From a virus (taxonomy: Duplodnaviria > Caudoviricetes), in the IMG/VR virus record IMGVR_UViG_3300030330_004160, positions 121,387 through 185,386 of that record: a stretch of DNA of 64,000 nt. One strand, written 5' to 3'. The notes below the pieces were generated by a model. It was not told where the DNA came from. It saw nothing but the letters and a program-made list of their open reading frames with translations, and did not search any database. Below are positions 47,700 through 56,747 of this stretch, one piece after another. Each line of letters opens with the position of its first letter. Within the stretch, counting starts at the first letter, position 1. Both the position numbers and the translations under genes were made by a program.

Positions 47700-48349
47700 G
47701 CAAGAAAAAAATAAAAAGAGCAAAGCATCTGGAAGAAGATGAGCCGACAGAAGAGGAAGCAAGCGAAGGACATGAAAGTGACCCAATCGATCCGTTTGGA
47801 GCCCTATTTAGTGGCATGGAAAAACCCGACCTAAGAACCATTGGTCTCTTCGGGGAAGTCAATGAAGAAAGATCCGCTGAACTTATTATTGGTTTAATCA
47901 TGATGTGTGAAGAGGGCGAAGTGGAAGAAAAGAAAGATATTAAGTTTTACCTCTCAACCTATGGTGGCAACGCTGATGATATGTTTGCCCTGTATGATAT
48001 GGTTAATTATGTTAAGGCCAAGGGGTATGACGTGCAAACAATCGGTCTTGGCAAAGTAATGTCCGCTGGTGTGCTATTGCTCTCCTCTGGCACCCCTGGA
48101 AAGCGTAGAATAGGGAAGCATTGTAGAGTCATGATCCATGCATGCAATGCCGGCAATATGGGCAACATTTATAACTTACAGAATGAAATGGAAGCAATCA
48201 ACGACCTACAGGAAAAATATTCCAATGCAATTGTCGAAAACACTTCCATGACTAAGCGCCAATTAAAGAAGCTTTTAGAGCGAAAAGTAAATATTTACCT
48301 TACAGCAGACGAAGCAATTGAATATGGAATTGCTGACGAGATTATATAG
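47696..48349 (+). CDS. clpP: ClpP-family protease (copy 2)
   Basis: LSTYGG, GKVMSAG, VMIH, YLTADEAIEYGIADEI. Confidence 0.85.
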   Translation: MSKKKIKRAKHLEEDEPTEEEASEGHESDPIDPFGALFSGMEKPDLRTIGLFGEVNEERSAELIIGLIMMCEEGEVEEKKDIKFYLSTYGGNADDMFALYDMVNYVKAKGYDVQTIGLGKVMSAGVLLLSSGTPGKRRIGKHCRVMIHACNAGNMGNIYNLQNEMEAINDLQEKYSNAIVENTSMTKRQLKKLLERKVNIYLTADEAIEYGIADEII

Positions 48350-48361
48350 GAGAGATATTAG

Positions 48362-49246
48362 ATGGATAAGATATTTTATAATGAAGCCTCTTCGACCAAA
48401 CTAGGCTGGAAGCCTGAGTGGTTTGGTGCAACTGAGATTGATGAGGTTTTGGTTCGCAATGCAAAGAAGTTTCAAAAAGAGCACGGACTAACCGCAGATG
48501 GGCTTATCGGCCCTACGACATTCCGCCGCATCTGGACCCAGCGAGAGTCAGAGATTGAAAAGTATCAGCCATCTACTCTTTCTGCTGCGGATGGAGGGTT
48601 CATCCTTTACAACAATGATTACCACGAGATTAAGTGGGACAAGGTTGTGTTGCCCTTCAACCGTGGTGGGAAGAAATTCTCCAAGGGTTATAAGCGAGTC
48701 ATGACGAAGCGCAAGCCTAACATGTTCGTCACCCATTGGGACGTGTGTTTGAGTGCTGACTCGTGCTTCCGAGTTCTTGAACGAAGAGGGTTGAGTATTC
48801 ACTTCACCATCGACAATGACGGAACCATCCATCAGTATCTTGATCTCAACCACATTGCCTACCATGCCGGTTCATCCAAATGGAACAAGGCTTCCATCGG
48901 AGTTGAGATCTCCAATGCCTATTATCCAAAGTATCAGAAATGGTACGAGTCTAATGTTGGCAAGCCTCGCCCTGTGGTTGAAGGAGCGAAGGTTCACAAC
49001 AGATCCATGGAGACACACCTTGGCTTCTACCCCGAGCAGTTAGCCGCACTGAAGGCTTTGTATCGTGCAATCCACGAAGCCACAGGAATCCCCTACTCTA
49101 CACCATCAACCAACACAGTGAGCCGCCCTTGTGTGCTTGGCTCATATAATGGGTTCATACACCATTATAACCTGACCCGCAACAAGATCGATTGCGGCGG
49201 ACTAGATATTGCAGCCATCATGGAGGAGTTAAAGAATGAGCGATAA
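48362..49246 (+). CDS. N-acetylmuramoyl-L-alanine amidase with peptidoglycan-binding domain (endolysin)
   Basis: FQKEHGLTADGLIGPTT; VTHW, SIHFTIDNDGTIHQ, AYHAG, SIGVEI, HHY..K.DC. Confidence 0.88.
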   Translation: MDKIFYNEASSTKLGWKPEWFGATEIDEVLVRNAKKFQKEHGLTADGLIGPTTFRRIWTQRESEIEKYQPSTLSAADGGFILYNNDYHEIKWDKVVLPFNRGGKKFSKGYKRVMTKRKPNMFVTHWDVCLSADSCFRVLERRGLSIHFTIDNDGTIHQYLDLNHIAYHAGSSKWNKASIGVEISNAYYPKYQKWYESNVGKPRPVVEGAKVHNRSMETHLGFYPEQLAALKALYRAIHEATGIPYSTPSTNTVSRPCVLGSYNGFIHHYNLTRNKIDCGGLDIAAIMEELKNER

Positions 49247-50729
49247 GCATATAATTGAAAAGTTAGTTGAAGAGGCGATGGACGACGTATTGTCCGAAGC
49301 CGCAGCCCCTCCAACAAAAAAAGAAATATCAAAACTGCTGTCCCTGTTCCAGATCAACGAAGAAGCATGGGGCCAGAAAGGAAGTTACGACAGAAGCATT
49401 ATGTCCAAGTATGTATCAAAACTTTCGGCAAACATGAAAAAGTTCAATGAATATTCAGAAGGCGATGAGGCAATGTATTTTGCTGATCGCATTCGAATGT
49501 TAACGAGCGAACCAAAAGGAAAATGTGAGACCATTGAAGAGCACATTTCCAGACTTTCTTTGCTGAACTCATTGCAGATCGTTTTGAATGACTTCGGTCC
49601 TTCCGGTGCTGGATTCATCGCAGAGTCATTCTTTGCGGCTCTCTTCGATGGAGTTAAGGTCAATGTTGGTGGTGGAGGTATTGAAGATTTGTATTATGCC
49701 TCCGATTCCGACAAGATCGGATTCAGCATGAAGACTTTCAAAGAAGGTTCAACAGAGTTTGGTGGCTCCCGAGCATCGTTTGGTGCAAGTTTCGGGATGC
49801 CTGTTTTAAGGCAGGTGTTGAGGTTAACTGATCAAGGTCAGATCGCCAGAGAAAAGGGAGGCACGCCCAAGTTACATAGAAAAGGATACGGTTCAATACC
49901 AGAAGAGTTCTTTACACAAGATATGGATGGCGCCAAGCCGGTTATTTATAAGGTTGAGGCAGATAAGATCGTTAAGGTTGATTATGCTTATGTTAATAGT
50001 CTCGTGAAAGCGACGACTAGCCAAGCAAAAGCGAGAGCAGCCTTTGCTGAACTGAGCAATCTTTATTACAAGTACGAACCAAAGGCCAAAGCCACCGTAC
50101 AGGAAAAACTACCGTCGACAATGTTTTATATTATCAACGAGAAGATAAAAAAAGCAGGAGAAATCCAAAGTATGAACTTCTCTATCACAAAGGTATTGTC
50201 GCCCACAGATGACGATGTTAAGAAAGCCTTCGGGGTAAATGTTAAGAATCTTCAAGATCCTAACAATCCTAAGCAGGAGAAGAAAGGAAATAGAGACTAT
50301 GTTGTTATCTCTGGTGGCGGAAAAGGTGGCGACACACAGTTCAAAGTGCAGATGGATAAGTTCTATGCTGATATTGGCGGCTCCGTACAGAAGGATAAGA
50401 TAAAAGTAGACTTCAAACTGGAAGACTATGCTAATGATAATCTCGGAGATATGAAGGATAAGTTCGTTCAACTTGAAAACTGGTACGTTGCCTTTATTGA
50501 TAATCTTACAAACTATCTCACAGATTTAAAAAACAGACCAGAGGTTGTTAGCCAAGTCACCAAGTTTGATTCAGTCGCTCCGCAGATCACAGCAAAACAA
50601 TGTGCCGGTGCAGCGGCAGCAACAACAGCCCCAGCCCCAGTAGCAGAAACAATTTCAGAAAATAAGCAAAAAGCACTTGACAAATTGATAGAAGAGGTTA
50701 TATTAGAGAGTATACTGGAGGTTAAATGA
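49236..50729 (+). CDS. Hypothetical protein with PD-(D/E)xK-like core, putative head-internal
   Basis: GFIAESFFAAL...IEDL...SMK; terminal helices IEKLVEEAM and LDKLIEEVILE. Confidence 0.4.
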   Translation: MSDKHIIEKLVEEAMDDVLSEAAAPPTKKEISKLLSLFQINEEAWGQKGSYDRSIMSKYVSKLSANMKKFNEYSEGDEAMYFADRIRMLTSEPKGKCETIEEHISRLSLLNSLQIVLNDFGPSGAGFIAESFFAALFDGVKVNVGGGGIEDLYYASDSDKIGFSMKTFKEGSTEFGGSRASFGASFGMPVLRQVLRLTDQGQIAREKGGTPKLHRKGYGSIPEEFFTQDMDGAKPVIYKVEADKIVKVDYAYVNSLVKATTSQAKARAAFAELSNLYYKYEPKAKATVQEKLPSTMFYIINEKIKKAGEIQSMNFSITKVLSPTDDDVKKAFGVNVKNLQDPNNPKQEKKGNRDYVVISGGGKGGDTQFKVQMDKFYADIGGSVQKDKIKVDFKLEDYANDNLGDMKDKFVQLENWYVAFIDNLTNYLTDLKNRPEVVSQVTKFDSVAPQITAKQCAGAAAATTAPAPVAETISENKQKALDKLIEEVILESILEVK

Positions 50730-52300
50730 AAAAGTATAACAACGGGCAAGATCTTAACTCTAAAATCTTAAAAGGAGCAAACATTCTTGCCGACAACGTA
50801 GGGTCAACTCTCGGCCCACGAGGGAGAAATGTAATTCTCTTCCACAAAGATCAAGGAACTCCCGTCATTACAAAGGACGGGGCAACTGTTGCGGACTTCG
50901 TTGAACTTGACGACCCATTCGAAAACGTCGGAGCACAGATTATCAAACAGGCTGCTGCACAAACCAACAACACTGCTGGCGATGGGACAACAACCTCAAC
51001 GGTTCTCGCAAGAGGAATACTAACCAGAGCGCAGAAGTATCTCATGGCAGGGGCTAGCCCCATTGAGTTGAAGAGAGGCATCGACAAGGCAGTGGTGGCC
51101 ATTGTTGACGAACTAAGCAACAAGGCAATACCAATCCGTAGCGAACAAGACATCAAGCACATCGCCACAATCTCTGCGAACAATGATGCAGCGATTGGGA
51201 CACTCATTGCCAATGCTGTGGACTCTGCGGGTAAAGATGGAAGCGTTATTGTTGAAGAGGCGAGGTCTCTTCAGACATCATTGGATCTAATCGAAGGATT
51301 CAGGTTTGACTCAGGATTTGTTTCCAACTCATTTATCACAAATGAAAGATCAGGCACTGTTGAGTATGAAAACCCTTTGATTTTGGTGACCGATGAAAAG
51401 ATTGAGCATGTTGAACAAATCATGCCGACACTTGAACTTACAGCCAGAGATAATCGTCCTTTGATTATTGTCGCCAATGACTTTGAAGGTCAGGCTCTGG
51501 CTGCACTTATTATGAACACAGTCCGAGGAACACTGAAGGTGACTGCTGTGAAATGTCCACGTTATGGTGAAGAAAGGCGCAAGATAATGGATGATCTATG
51601 TCTTTCTATTGGAGGCACATACATGACAAGGGCAAATAGTTTAACTCTCAAAGATGTAAAACTACAGCATTTTGGACAGTGTAAAAAAGTTTCTATTTCC
51701 AAGACATGGACAACAATTATAGGAGGTAAAGGGAATGAAGAATCAATTGACGAGAGAATTAACAGTTTAAAAGTAGAGATACAGAACACCGACTCGCTAC
51801 CTGAGTGCGAAAGAATTCAAGAACGCATTACAAGGCTAGCCAGCGGCGTTGCTGTCATTCGTGTCGGAGCAGCCACTGAAGTTGAGATGATAGAAAAGAG
51901 GCATCGAATTGATGATGCCTTGGAAGCCGTAAGGTCCGCACAGGAAGAAGGCATCATCACAGGCGGAGGTACTGCTCTGATGCGAGCCTCTCAAAGCTTA
52001 TCTGTTGAAACAGATAACGATGAACAAGCCATGGGAGTTAGCATAGTCTTAGAGGCTGTTGAAGAGCCGCTGAGGCAGATGGCACTCAATGCTGGTGAGT
52101 CACCAGATATTATTGTTAACAAGGTGACCTCAACAAGACCACCATTCGGTTACAACTTCGTGACAAATGAGATTGAGAATTTATATGAAAATGGAATTAT
52201 AGACCCAGTCAAGGTTTCTAGGTGTGCTTTGGAGAACGCAGCATCAGTTGCTTCAACCCTCATCACAACTAACTACGCAATTGTTCATCCTGGCGACTAG
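50726..52300 (+). CDS. groEL: Chaperonin GroEL
   Basis: TLGPRGRNV, ITKDG, GDGTTT, ATISAN, GAATEVE, GGG, GIIDP; TTGACA-16-TATATT at 50677. Confidence 0.97.
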   Translation: MKKYNNGQDLNSKILKGANILADNVGSTLGPRGRNVILFHKDQGTPVITKDGATVADFVELDDPFENVGAQIIKQAAAQTNNTAGDGTTTSTVLARGILTRAQKYLMAGASPIELKRGIDKAVVAIVDELSNKAIPIRSEQDIKHIATISANNDAAIGTLIANAVDSAGKDGSVIVEEARSLQTSLDLIEGFRFDSGFVSNSFITNERSGTVEYENPLILVTDEKIEHVEQIMPTLELTARDNRPLIIVANDFEGQALAALIMNTVRGTLKVTAVKCPRYGEERRKIMDDLCLSIGGTYMTRANSLTLKDVKLQHFGQCKKVSISKTWTTIIGGKGNEESIDERINSLKVEIQNTDSLPECERIQERITRLASGVAVIRVGAATEVEMIEKRHRIDDALEAVRSAQEEGIITGGGTALMRASQSLSVETDNDEQAMGVSIVLEAVEEPLRQMALNAGESPDIIVNKVTSTRPPFGYNFVTNEIENLYENGIIDPVKVSRCALENAASVASTLITTNYAIVHPGD

Positions 52301-52311
52301 TTATAAGTGCT

Positions 52312-52587
52312 ATGCCACCTGAACAACAAAATCAAATCGCCGAACTTCAAGTTCTCATTTTGGAACTCAAAAATCAAATTGAGAGAATGGACGAGAGGCA
52401 GGAAGAAATGCTTGATGATATCAAAATGATCAAGAAGGCTGTGTATGATCCCAACGAGGGATTGTACGCTCGCCTTCGTGACTTGGAACAATGGAAAGAA
52501 ACGACTTCCAAAGTTATGTGGATGGTAATAACCACAGTAGTTGGGCTAACAACGGCCACAATATATAACTTGCTTATTTCTCAATAA
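52312..52587 (+). CDS. Coiled-coil protein with C-terminal TM helix (XhlA/holin-like)
   Basis: Coiled coil followed by VMWMVITTVVGL. Confidence 0.4.
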   Translation: MPPEQQNQIAELQVLILELKNQIERMDERQEEMLDDIKMIKKAVYDPNEGLYARLRDLEQWKETTSKVMWMVITTVVGLTTATIYNLLISQ

Positions 52588-52591
52588 GCAC

Positions 52592-52620
52592 TTGACAAAA
52601 CTATATAAATCGTTTATACT
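52592..52620 (+). promoter_or_regulatory. Sigma70-like promoter
   Basis: TTGACA-17-TATACT. Confidence 0.7.
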
Positions 52621-52640
52621 ATAATATACCCGGAGGTAAA

Positions 52641-53054
52641 ATGAACGTAAGAATTAGTTATGGGACCGAACTGGAAGGCATCCCTGACAAAATAGCAGAC
52701 ATGCTAAATAAACCAGATAGAATTTTAAGCAGAAGCAGAGACAAACTTGATCTAGCAATAGAAGTCATGCTGGATAGTGATGGCAAATATGCCGGCACTG
52801 CGGTGCAAATGTTGGATGACCTTAGACAGTCTTTGGCTGCTGCTGACCAAGTTTTAATGGAAGCGCAAACAATCTTGGAAGGTTATGCTAGTGCAACAAC
52901 GGCTCAACCCGATCCAGAGCCTATTCTTGAACCGGAGCCTGTTCCTGAGCCGCAAGAGAGCATAAGATACAAAGATGTGCCCAAAGGTAAAGACGCCGTC
53001 AGGTACGGACCTAGGCCAGATGAGATGGAGAAAAGCAATGTTTCATCAAGGTGA
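52641..53054 (+). CDS. Hypothetical protein
   Basis: 137-aa ORF with SD GGAGG. Confidence 0.6.
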   Translation: MNVRISYGTELEGIPDKIADMLNKPDRILSRSRDKLDLAIEVMLDSDGKYAGTAVQMLDDLRQSLAAADQVLMEAQTILEGYASATTAQPDPEPILEPEPVPEPQESIRYKDVPKGKDAVRYGPRPDEMEKSNVSSR

Positions 53055-53265
53055 TTTAGTACATGTACCAGAAAATGTAACCCTTTACTCATATGTTGCC
53101 GACCGGCAAATTGTGTGGCCAACCGATACTTCAAAAAAGCCTCATCTCGCAATATTCTTAGAGTATTGTGATATGAAATATGCTTCTGTTGTGACCGAGA
53201 GTGGAGACCGCTGGATTGTTGAAAAGAGTGACATCTTCTTCAAGGAGTCGCAAAATGCTCATTAG
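53038..53265 (+). CDS. Small SH3/KOW-like protein
   Basis: MFHQGDLVHV. Confidence 0.5.
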   Translation: MFHQGDLVHVPENVTLYSYVADRQIVWPTDTSKKPHLAIFLEYCDMKYASVVTESGDRWIVEKSDIFFKESQNAH

Positions 53266-53536
53266 ATTTATTTCATTAGATAAGGCGATCAATGGCGACT
53301 ACCAGTTAAGAGAGATTATGATTAACCCCAAGCATATAGTAATGGTTCAAGAAGAGCCGTCATTCAAGCGTCTAATGGAGGAAGGGAAGTTGCCAAACGG
53401 CCTACTGCCAGAAGTGCGCTTTAGCAGTGTGACTGTTTTAGATTCCCCTTACCATAAAAAGATTGTAGTCGTAGGTTCAGCATTAGAAGTTGAATCTAAA
53501 ATTTATAACAAATCAAAACAACTGTTGAGGGGATAA
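53255..53536 (+). CDS. FlbD-like small protein
   Basis: INPKHIVMVQE...IVVVGSALEVESKI resembles the FlbD family. Confidence 0.4.
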   Translation: MLIRFISLDKAINGDYQLREIMINPKHIVMVQEEPSFKRLMEEGKLPNGLLPEVRFSSVTVLDSPYHKKIVVVGSALEVESKIYNKSKQLLRG

Positions 53537-53781
53537 TGGAATATTATATTATTTATGGATGGTCTGACTGCCCCTTTTGCGAAAGTGCCGTGGAACTATT
53601 GCAGAACACAAATGAAAGACACATGGTAGTAAATTTAGACCATGATGACATATTGCTTGAATATTTTAAAAAAACTTATGATTGGCCAACTGTGCCTATT
53701 ATCATAAAAAAACAATCGGATGAGTCCACTACTACCCTCATAGGGGGGTATACCGACCTTTGCAAATACTTGGAGAAATAA
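53536..53781 (+). CDS. Glutaredoxin
   Basis: CPFC, TVP, IGGYTDL. Confidence 0.92.
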   Translation: MEYYIIYGWSDCPFCESAVELLQNTNERHMVVNLDHDDILLEYFKKTYDWPTVPIIIKKQSDESTTTLIGGYTDLCKYLEK

Positions 53782-54107
53782 TGAAAGTTGACAAACCTTG
53801 GGGCCATGAAATAAGGTGGGCCATAACTGATAAATATCTGGGCAAGATTTTAAGAATCGAACCAGGACAGAAACTATCAAAACAATATCATGAGGTCAAA
53901 GATGAAAGCATTTATGTCTTAGAAGGAGTGTTGGTGCTGGAAGTGGGAGATGAAAAAAGAATAATGCTCCCCGGCTCTGCGTACCATATCACGCCGGGCA
54001 CAGTCCATAGATTTGCGGCACCATCAGATGGCTGCACATTGGTGGAAGTCTCCACTCCGGAGATAGATGATGTAGTCAGATTGGAAGATGAATATGGTCG
54101 TGCATAA
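53781..54107 (+). CDS. Cupin (mannose-6-phosphate isomerase C-terminal-like)
   Basis: VDKPWG, LSKQYH..K.E, HRF, EVST...DVVRLEDEYGR. Confidence 0.85.
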   Translation: MKVDKPWGHEIRWAITDKYLGKILRIEPGQKLSKQYHEVKDESIYVLEGVLVLEVGDEKRIMLPGSAYHITPGTVHRFAAPSDGCTLVEVSTPEIDDVVRLEDEYGRA

Positions 54108-54121
54108 ATAAAAAATACACA

Positions 54122-54167
54122 AAAGCCCCCGAGCCCTGCGGATTTTTCCGTGGGGCTTTGTTTTTTT
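54122..54167 (+). terminator. Rho-independent terminator
   Basis: AAAGCCCC...GGGGCTTT followed by a T-tract. Confidence 0.55.
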
Positions 54168-54197
54168 CGCCTACTTATTTATAGGGGGAAAATATGG

Positions 54198-54902
54198 ATG
54201 ACTTATTTATTAGGATTATTGGCGTTACTTTCGTGTGACGTTGGGCTGCAAGCAGATTCTGACGGGGTTTCTGTAGAGGTACAGCAGGTTGCCAACTATG
54301 GCAACAGGGGACTAAAGAGATCATTTGACTCTGCGGTTCAACTTACAACTTATCAAGACGGAGAAGCCATCGGAACAGCATCCGGTGGCTATTTTATTTA
54401 TAATGGACACAAATTTATATTAACTGCGGCTCATGTTGTTGACGGTGGTGATGAATTTGTAGCCCACGAAAGGTATGGTATAGAAACTGTGAAGTGTAGG
54501 GTACTGTATGTTAATAGAGTATACGATATAGCAGTTATTGTTCCCGAAGGGGATTTTAAGACAATGAAGCCAATAAAGTTTACATACGACTATAGCATGA
54601 AGAGAGGAGAGCCGCTTTATTATACTGGATATCCTTCTGAAATGCAAGAGATAACGATGCAAGGTTCTTTTGCTGGTGATCTTGATGACTATTATCTGAT
54701 TCAATCATCGGCTTGGATGGGCTCCTCTGGCTCACCAGTGTTTGATGGGCAAGGCAGAGTCATTGGAGTTATTAGTGGGATTGTTATAGGCTGGACACCT
54801 TATGGAACACCACAGTTAGTTAACAATATGGTAGTAGTAAGTCCAATGTGGGCGATAAGCAACAGTTATCTTAAACAAATACTTAAAGATGGAGCAGATT
54901 AA
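54198..54902 (+). CDS. Trypsin-like serine protease, putative lipoprotein
   Basis: LTAAHV, YDIAV, GSSGSPV; lipobox LLSC. Confidence 0.85.
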   Translation: MTYLLGLLALLSCDVGLQADSDGVSVEVQQVANYGNRGLKRSFDSAVQLTTYQDGEAIGTASGGYFIYNGHKFILTAAHVVDGGDEFVAHERYGIETVKCRVLYVNRVYDIAVIVPEGDFKTMKPIKFTYDYSMKRGEPLYYTGYPSEMQEITMQGSFAGDLDDYYLIQSSAWMGSSGSPVFDGQGRVIGVISGIVIGWTPYGTPQLVNNMVVVSPMWAISNSYLKQILKDGAD

Positions 54903-55119
54903 AGTAGGTACTTTAATTGAGGACATGGGTAAGATTGGCATGATTCGAAGAATCATAGATGCTGGTGCATTGGAACATCTGCACCCTGTCGTCAAGTGGC
55001 GAATGAATTACGAAATATATTACTATGATGGTGTGGTGGGGTACCTAGGCTTGGACTCCCTCCAGCGTTTGGTCGATGGAGGTTCAATTAAAGTCATCTT
55101 TGTGCCAGAAGACTCTTGA
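54889..55119 (+). CDS. Small SH3/KOW-like protein (divergent)
   Basis: IKVGTLIED.GKIGMI...YEIYYYDG. Confidence 0.5.
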   Translation: MEQIKVGTLIEDMGKIGMIRRIIDAGALEHLHPVVKWRMNYEIYYYDGVVGYLGLDSLQRLVDGGSIKVIFVPEDS

Positions 55120-55144
55120 CAACTAGTTAGTAGTGTGCTATATT
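55116..55144 (+). promoter_or_regulatory. Sigma70-like promoter
   Basis: TTGACA-17-TATATT. Confidence 0.65.
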
Positions 55145-55166
55145 AGCATTATGAAAAGGAGTTGCA

Positions 55167-55373
55167 ATGCTTATTGAGAACAAAACATCTCATCTAACAA
55201 AGTCAAAATTCGCAGAAAATTGGATGATATTATACATGACCGTTAATCTGGTCAAGTTATTAGAAAACAATGTAGGCTATGAAGATGATGAGATGACAAA
55301 GGAAATATTAAATATTACTTTGAATGAACTTTTCAAAAGTGTTTTAAAGCTAGACAATGGAATATGGAATTGA
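55167..55373 (+). CDS. Hypothetical protein
   Basis: SD AAGGAG. Confidence 0.5.
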   Translation: MLIENKTSHLTKSKFAENWMILYMTVNLVKLLENNVGYEDDEMTKEILNITLNELFKSVLKLDNGIWN

Positions 55374-55626
55374 AGTTGACGAATTGGTAACAATCGAAAT
55401 GATCCAGAAGGGTCATTGGCTTCCAGGTACATTGTTAGATTTAACCGGTCAAATGTTTATGGTGATAGGCTATAACTATTGGGGCTGGATTGAAGACTGC
55501 GATGATGAAAATGTGTATTACGATGTGGTATTGTACCACATTGAAACTGGCTGGTACATAGATTTTCCATTGGCTACTGTGCTGTCATATTCAAAAGTTT
55601 TAGGAGAAGATGATGAAAAAGGGTGA
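55357..55626 (+). CDS. Hypothetical protein
   Basis: 89-aa ORF in a chain of overlapping genes. Confidence 0.5.
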   Translation: MEYGIEVDELVTIEMIQKGHWLPGTLLDLTGQMFMVIGYNYWGWIEDCDDENVYYDVVLYHIETGWYIDFPLATVLSYSKVLGEDDEKG

Positions 55627-55870
55627 TAGAGTTAAGTTGACGAAGTTGATCTCTGAAGATGCAAAAGACTGGCTAATGTCTGAGGGTGAGTTCGACGTGC
55701 TTAAACAGCACCTCGGCAAAATCGGCAAGATAGCACACGTCCAGAAACATTATGAGGGCAAGACCGGAGTTAACTATTTTATTGATGTTGAGTATTCTTC
55801 GGGTTATAAATTGTGGAGGGTCAACAAACTTGCTTTTGAACTGGTTGAGTTTGATTTTGACTATGTTTGA
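55610..55870 (+). CDS. SH3/KOW-like array protein
   Basis: MKKGDRVKL...FELVE. Confidence 0.6.
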   Translation: MMKKGDRVKLTKLISEDAKDWLMSEGEFDVLKQHLGKIGKIAHVQKHYEGKTGVNYFIDVEYSSGYKLWRVNKLAFELVEFDFDYV

Positions 55871-56058
55871 TGAAGCAAGGCGATTTGGTTGTGCATAAAA
55901 AATATGGGGTCGGTGTTGTGTTAGAAGTAAAAGAAATATACTCATCATGGGGTCATCCCAATGTTTGGTATCAAGTTTTATTTGCGAGCGATCTAAACAG
56001 ATCAAATCCTTGCTGGATGGCGGCACAAAACTTGGAGGTGATAAATGAGAGTGGGTGA
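55867..56058 (+). CDS. SH3/KOW-like array protein
   Basis: MKQGDLV...GVGVV...YQVLF...LEVINESG. Confidence 0.7.
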   Translation: MMKQGDLVVHKKYGVGVVLEVKEIYSSWGHPNVWYQVLFASDLNRSNPCWMAAQNLEVINESG

Positions 56059-56224
56059 TCTGGTAAGATTAAACCGAGAGTTCTTCGGAGGAGACCCTCC
56101 AGCAGACATTGGTTTAATTGTGAGACAACTCGTCCCCAGACGAGGTAATATGTTCTTAATATTATGGAACGACGGAGAGGTCGAACCATTCCATGAAGAC
56201 GATTTGGAGGTGGTCTGTGTTTAA
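56045..56224 (+). CDS. SH3/KOW-like array protein (not in ORF track)
   Basis: MRVGDLVRLNREFFGGDPPADIGLIV...ILWNDG...DLEVVCV. Confidence 0.7.
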   Translation: MRVGDLVRLNREFFGGDPPADIGLIVRQLVPRRGNMFLILWNDGEVEPFHEDDLEVVCV

Positions 56225-56399
56225 GGAAGGAGATTTAGTTAGGATTGATTGGGACGAGGGAAATAAAAAACTCGGCCTTGGAATTGTATTGAAAAGATAC
56301 AAGCATCATGATACCCCCCTGCTGGTGTGGTGGACCCGAGCGTGCACTCGTGGCTGGGAAGATGCTGAGATGCTTATTAAAGTGGAAGACGGACAATAA
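56217..56399 (+). CDS. SH3/KOW-like array protein
   Basis: GTG start after GGAGG; FKEGDLVRI...LGIV...VWW. Confidence 0.65.
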   Translation: MFKEGDLVRIDWDEGNKKLGLGIVLKRYKHHDTPLLVWWTRACTRGWEDAEMLIKVEDGQ

Positions 56400-56433
56400 A
56401 TGTCCTGGACTTATGGCTCAAAAGAGTTATGTT
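56391..56433 (+). promoter_or_regulatory. Palindrome promoter cassette 1
   Basis: GGACA-ATAAA-TGTCC, TGGACT-16-TATGTT, SD GAGGAGG. Confidence 0.7.
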
Positions 56434-56456
56434 GTTATTATACCGAGGAGGAAACA

Positions 56457-56747
56457 ATGAATCAATTTGAGATTGGAGATCTGGTACAAACCGAAAGCGG
56501 CAGTCATATTGGCGTAGTTTTTGAAAAAGACTCAGAGAGTCCTTCTTATATTCATTATAGCCTGATAACCCCTTGGTACAGAGTCCTCTGGAATGACGGT
56601 GATATAACCGATGAGGATGGACAAGACATGATACTTTATAAAGGAGGAGATGATCATGGGAATGAAAGCAGATGCGAGGAAGCACAAGAAAGCAGACAAG
56701 AAAGTAGCGAGGGAAGCAATGATGCGACTACTTGCGGACAATGTTGA
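56457..56747 (+). CDS. SH3/KOW-like array protein
   Basis: MNQFEIGDLV...IGVV...YRVLWNDG. Confidence 0.65.
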   Translation: MNQFEIGDLVQTESGSHIGVVFEKDSESPSYIHYSLITPWYRVLWNDGDITDEDGQDMILYKGGDDHGNESRCEEAQESRQESSEGSNDATTCGQC

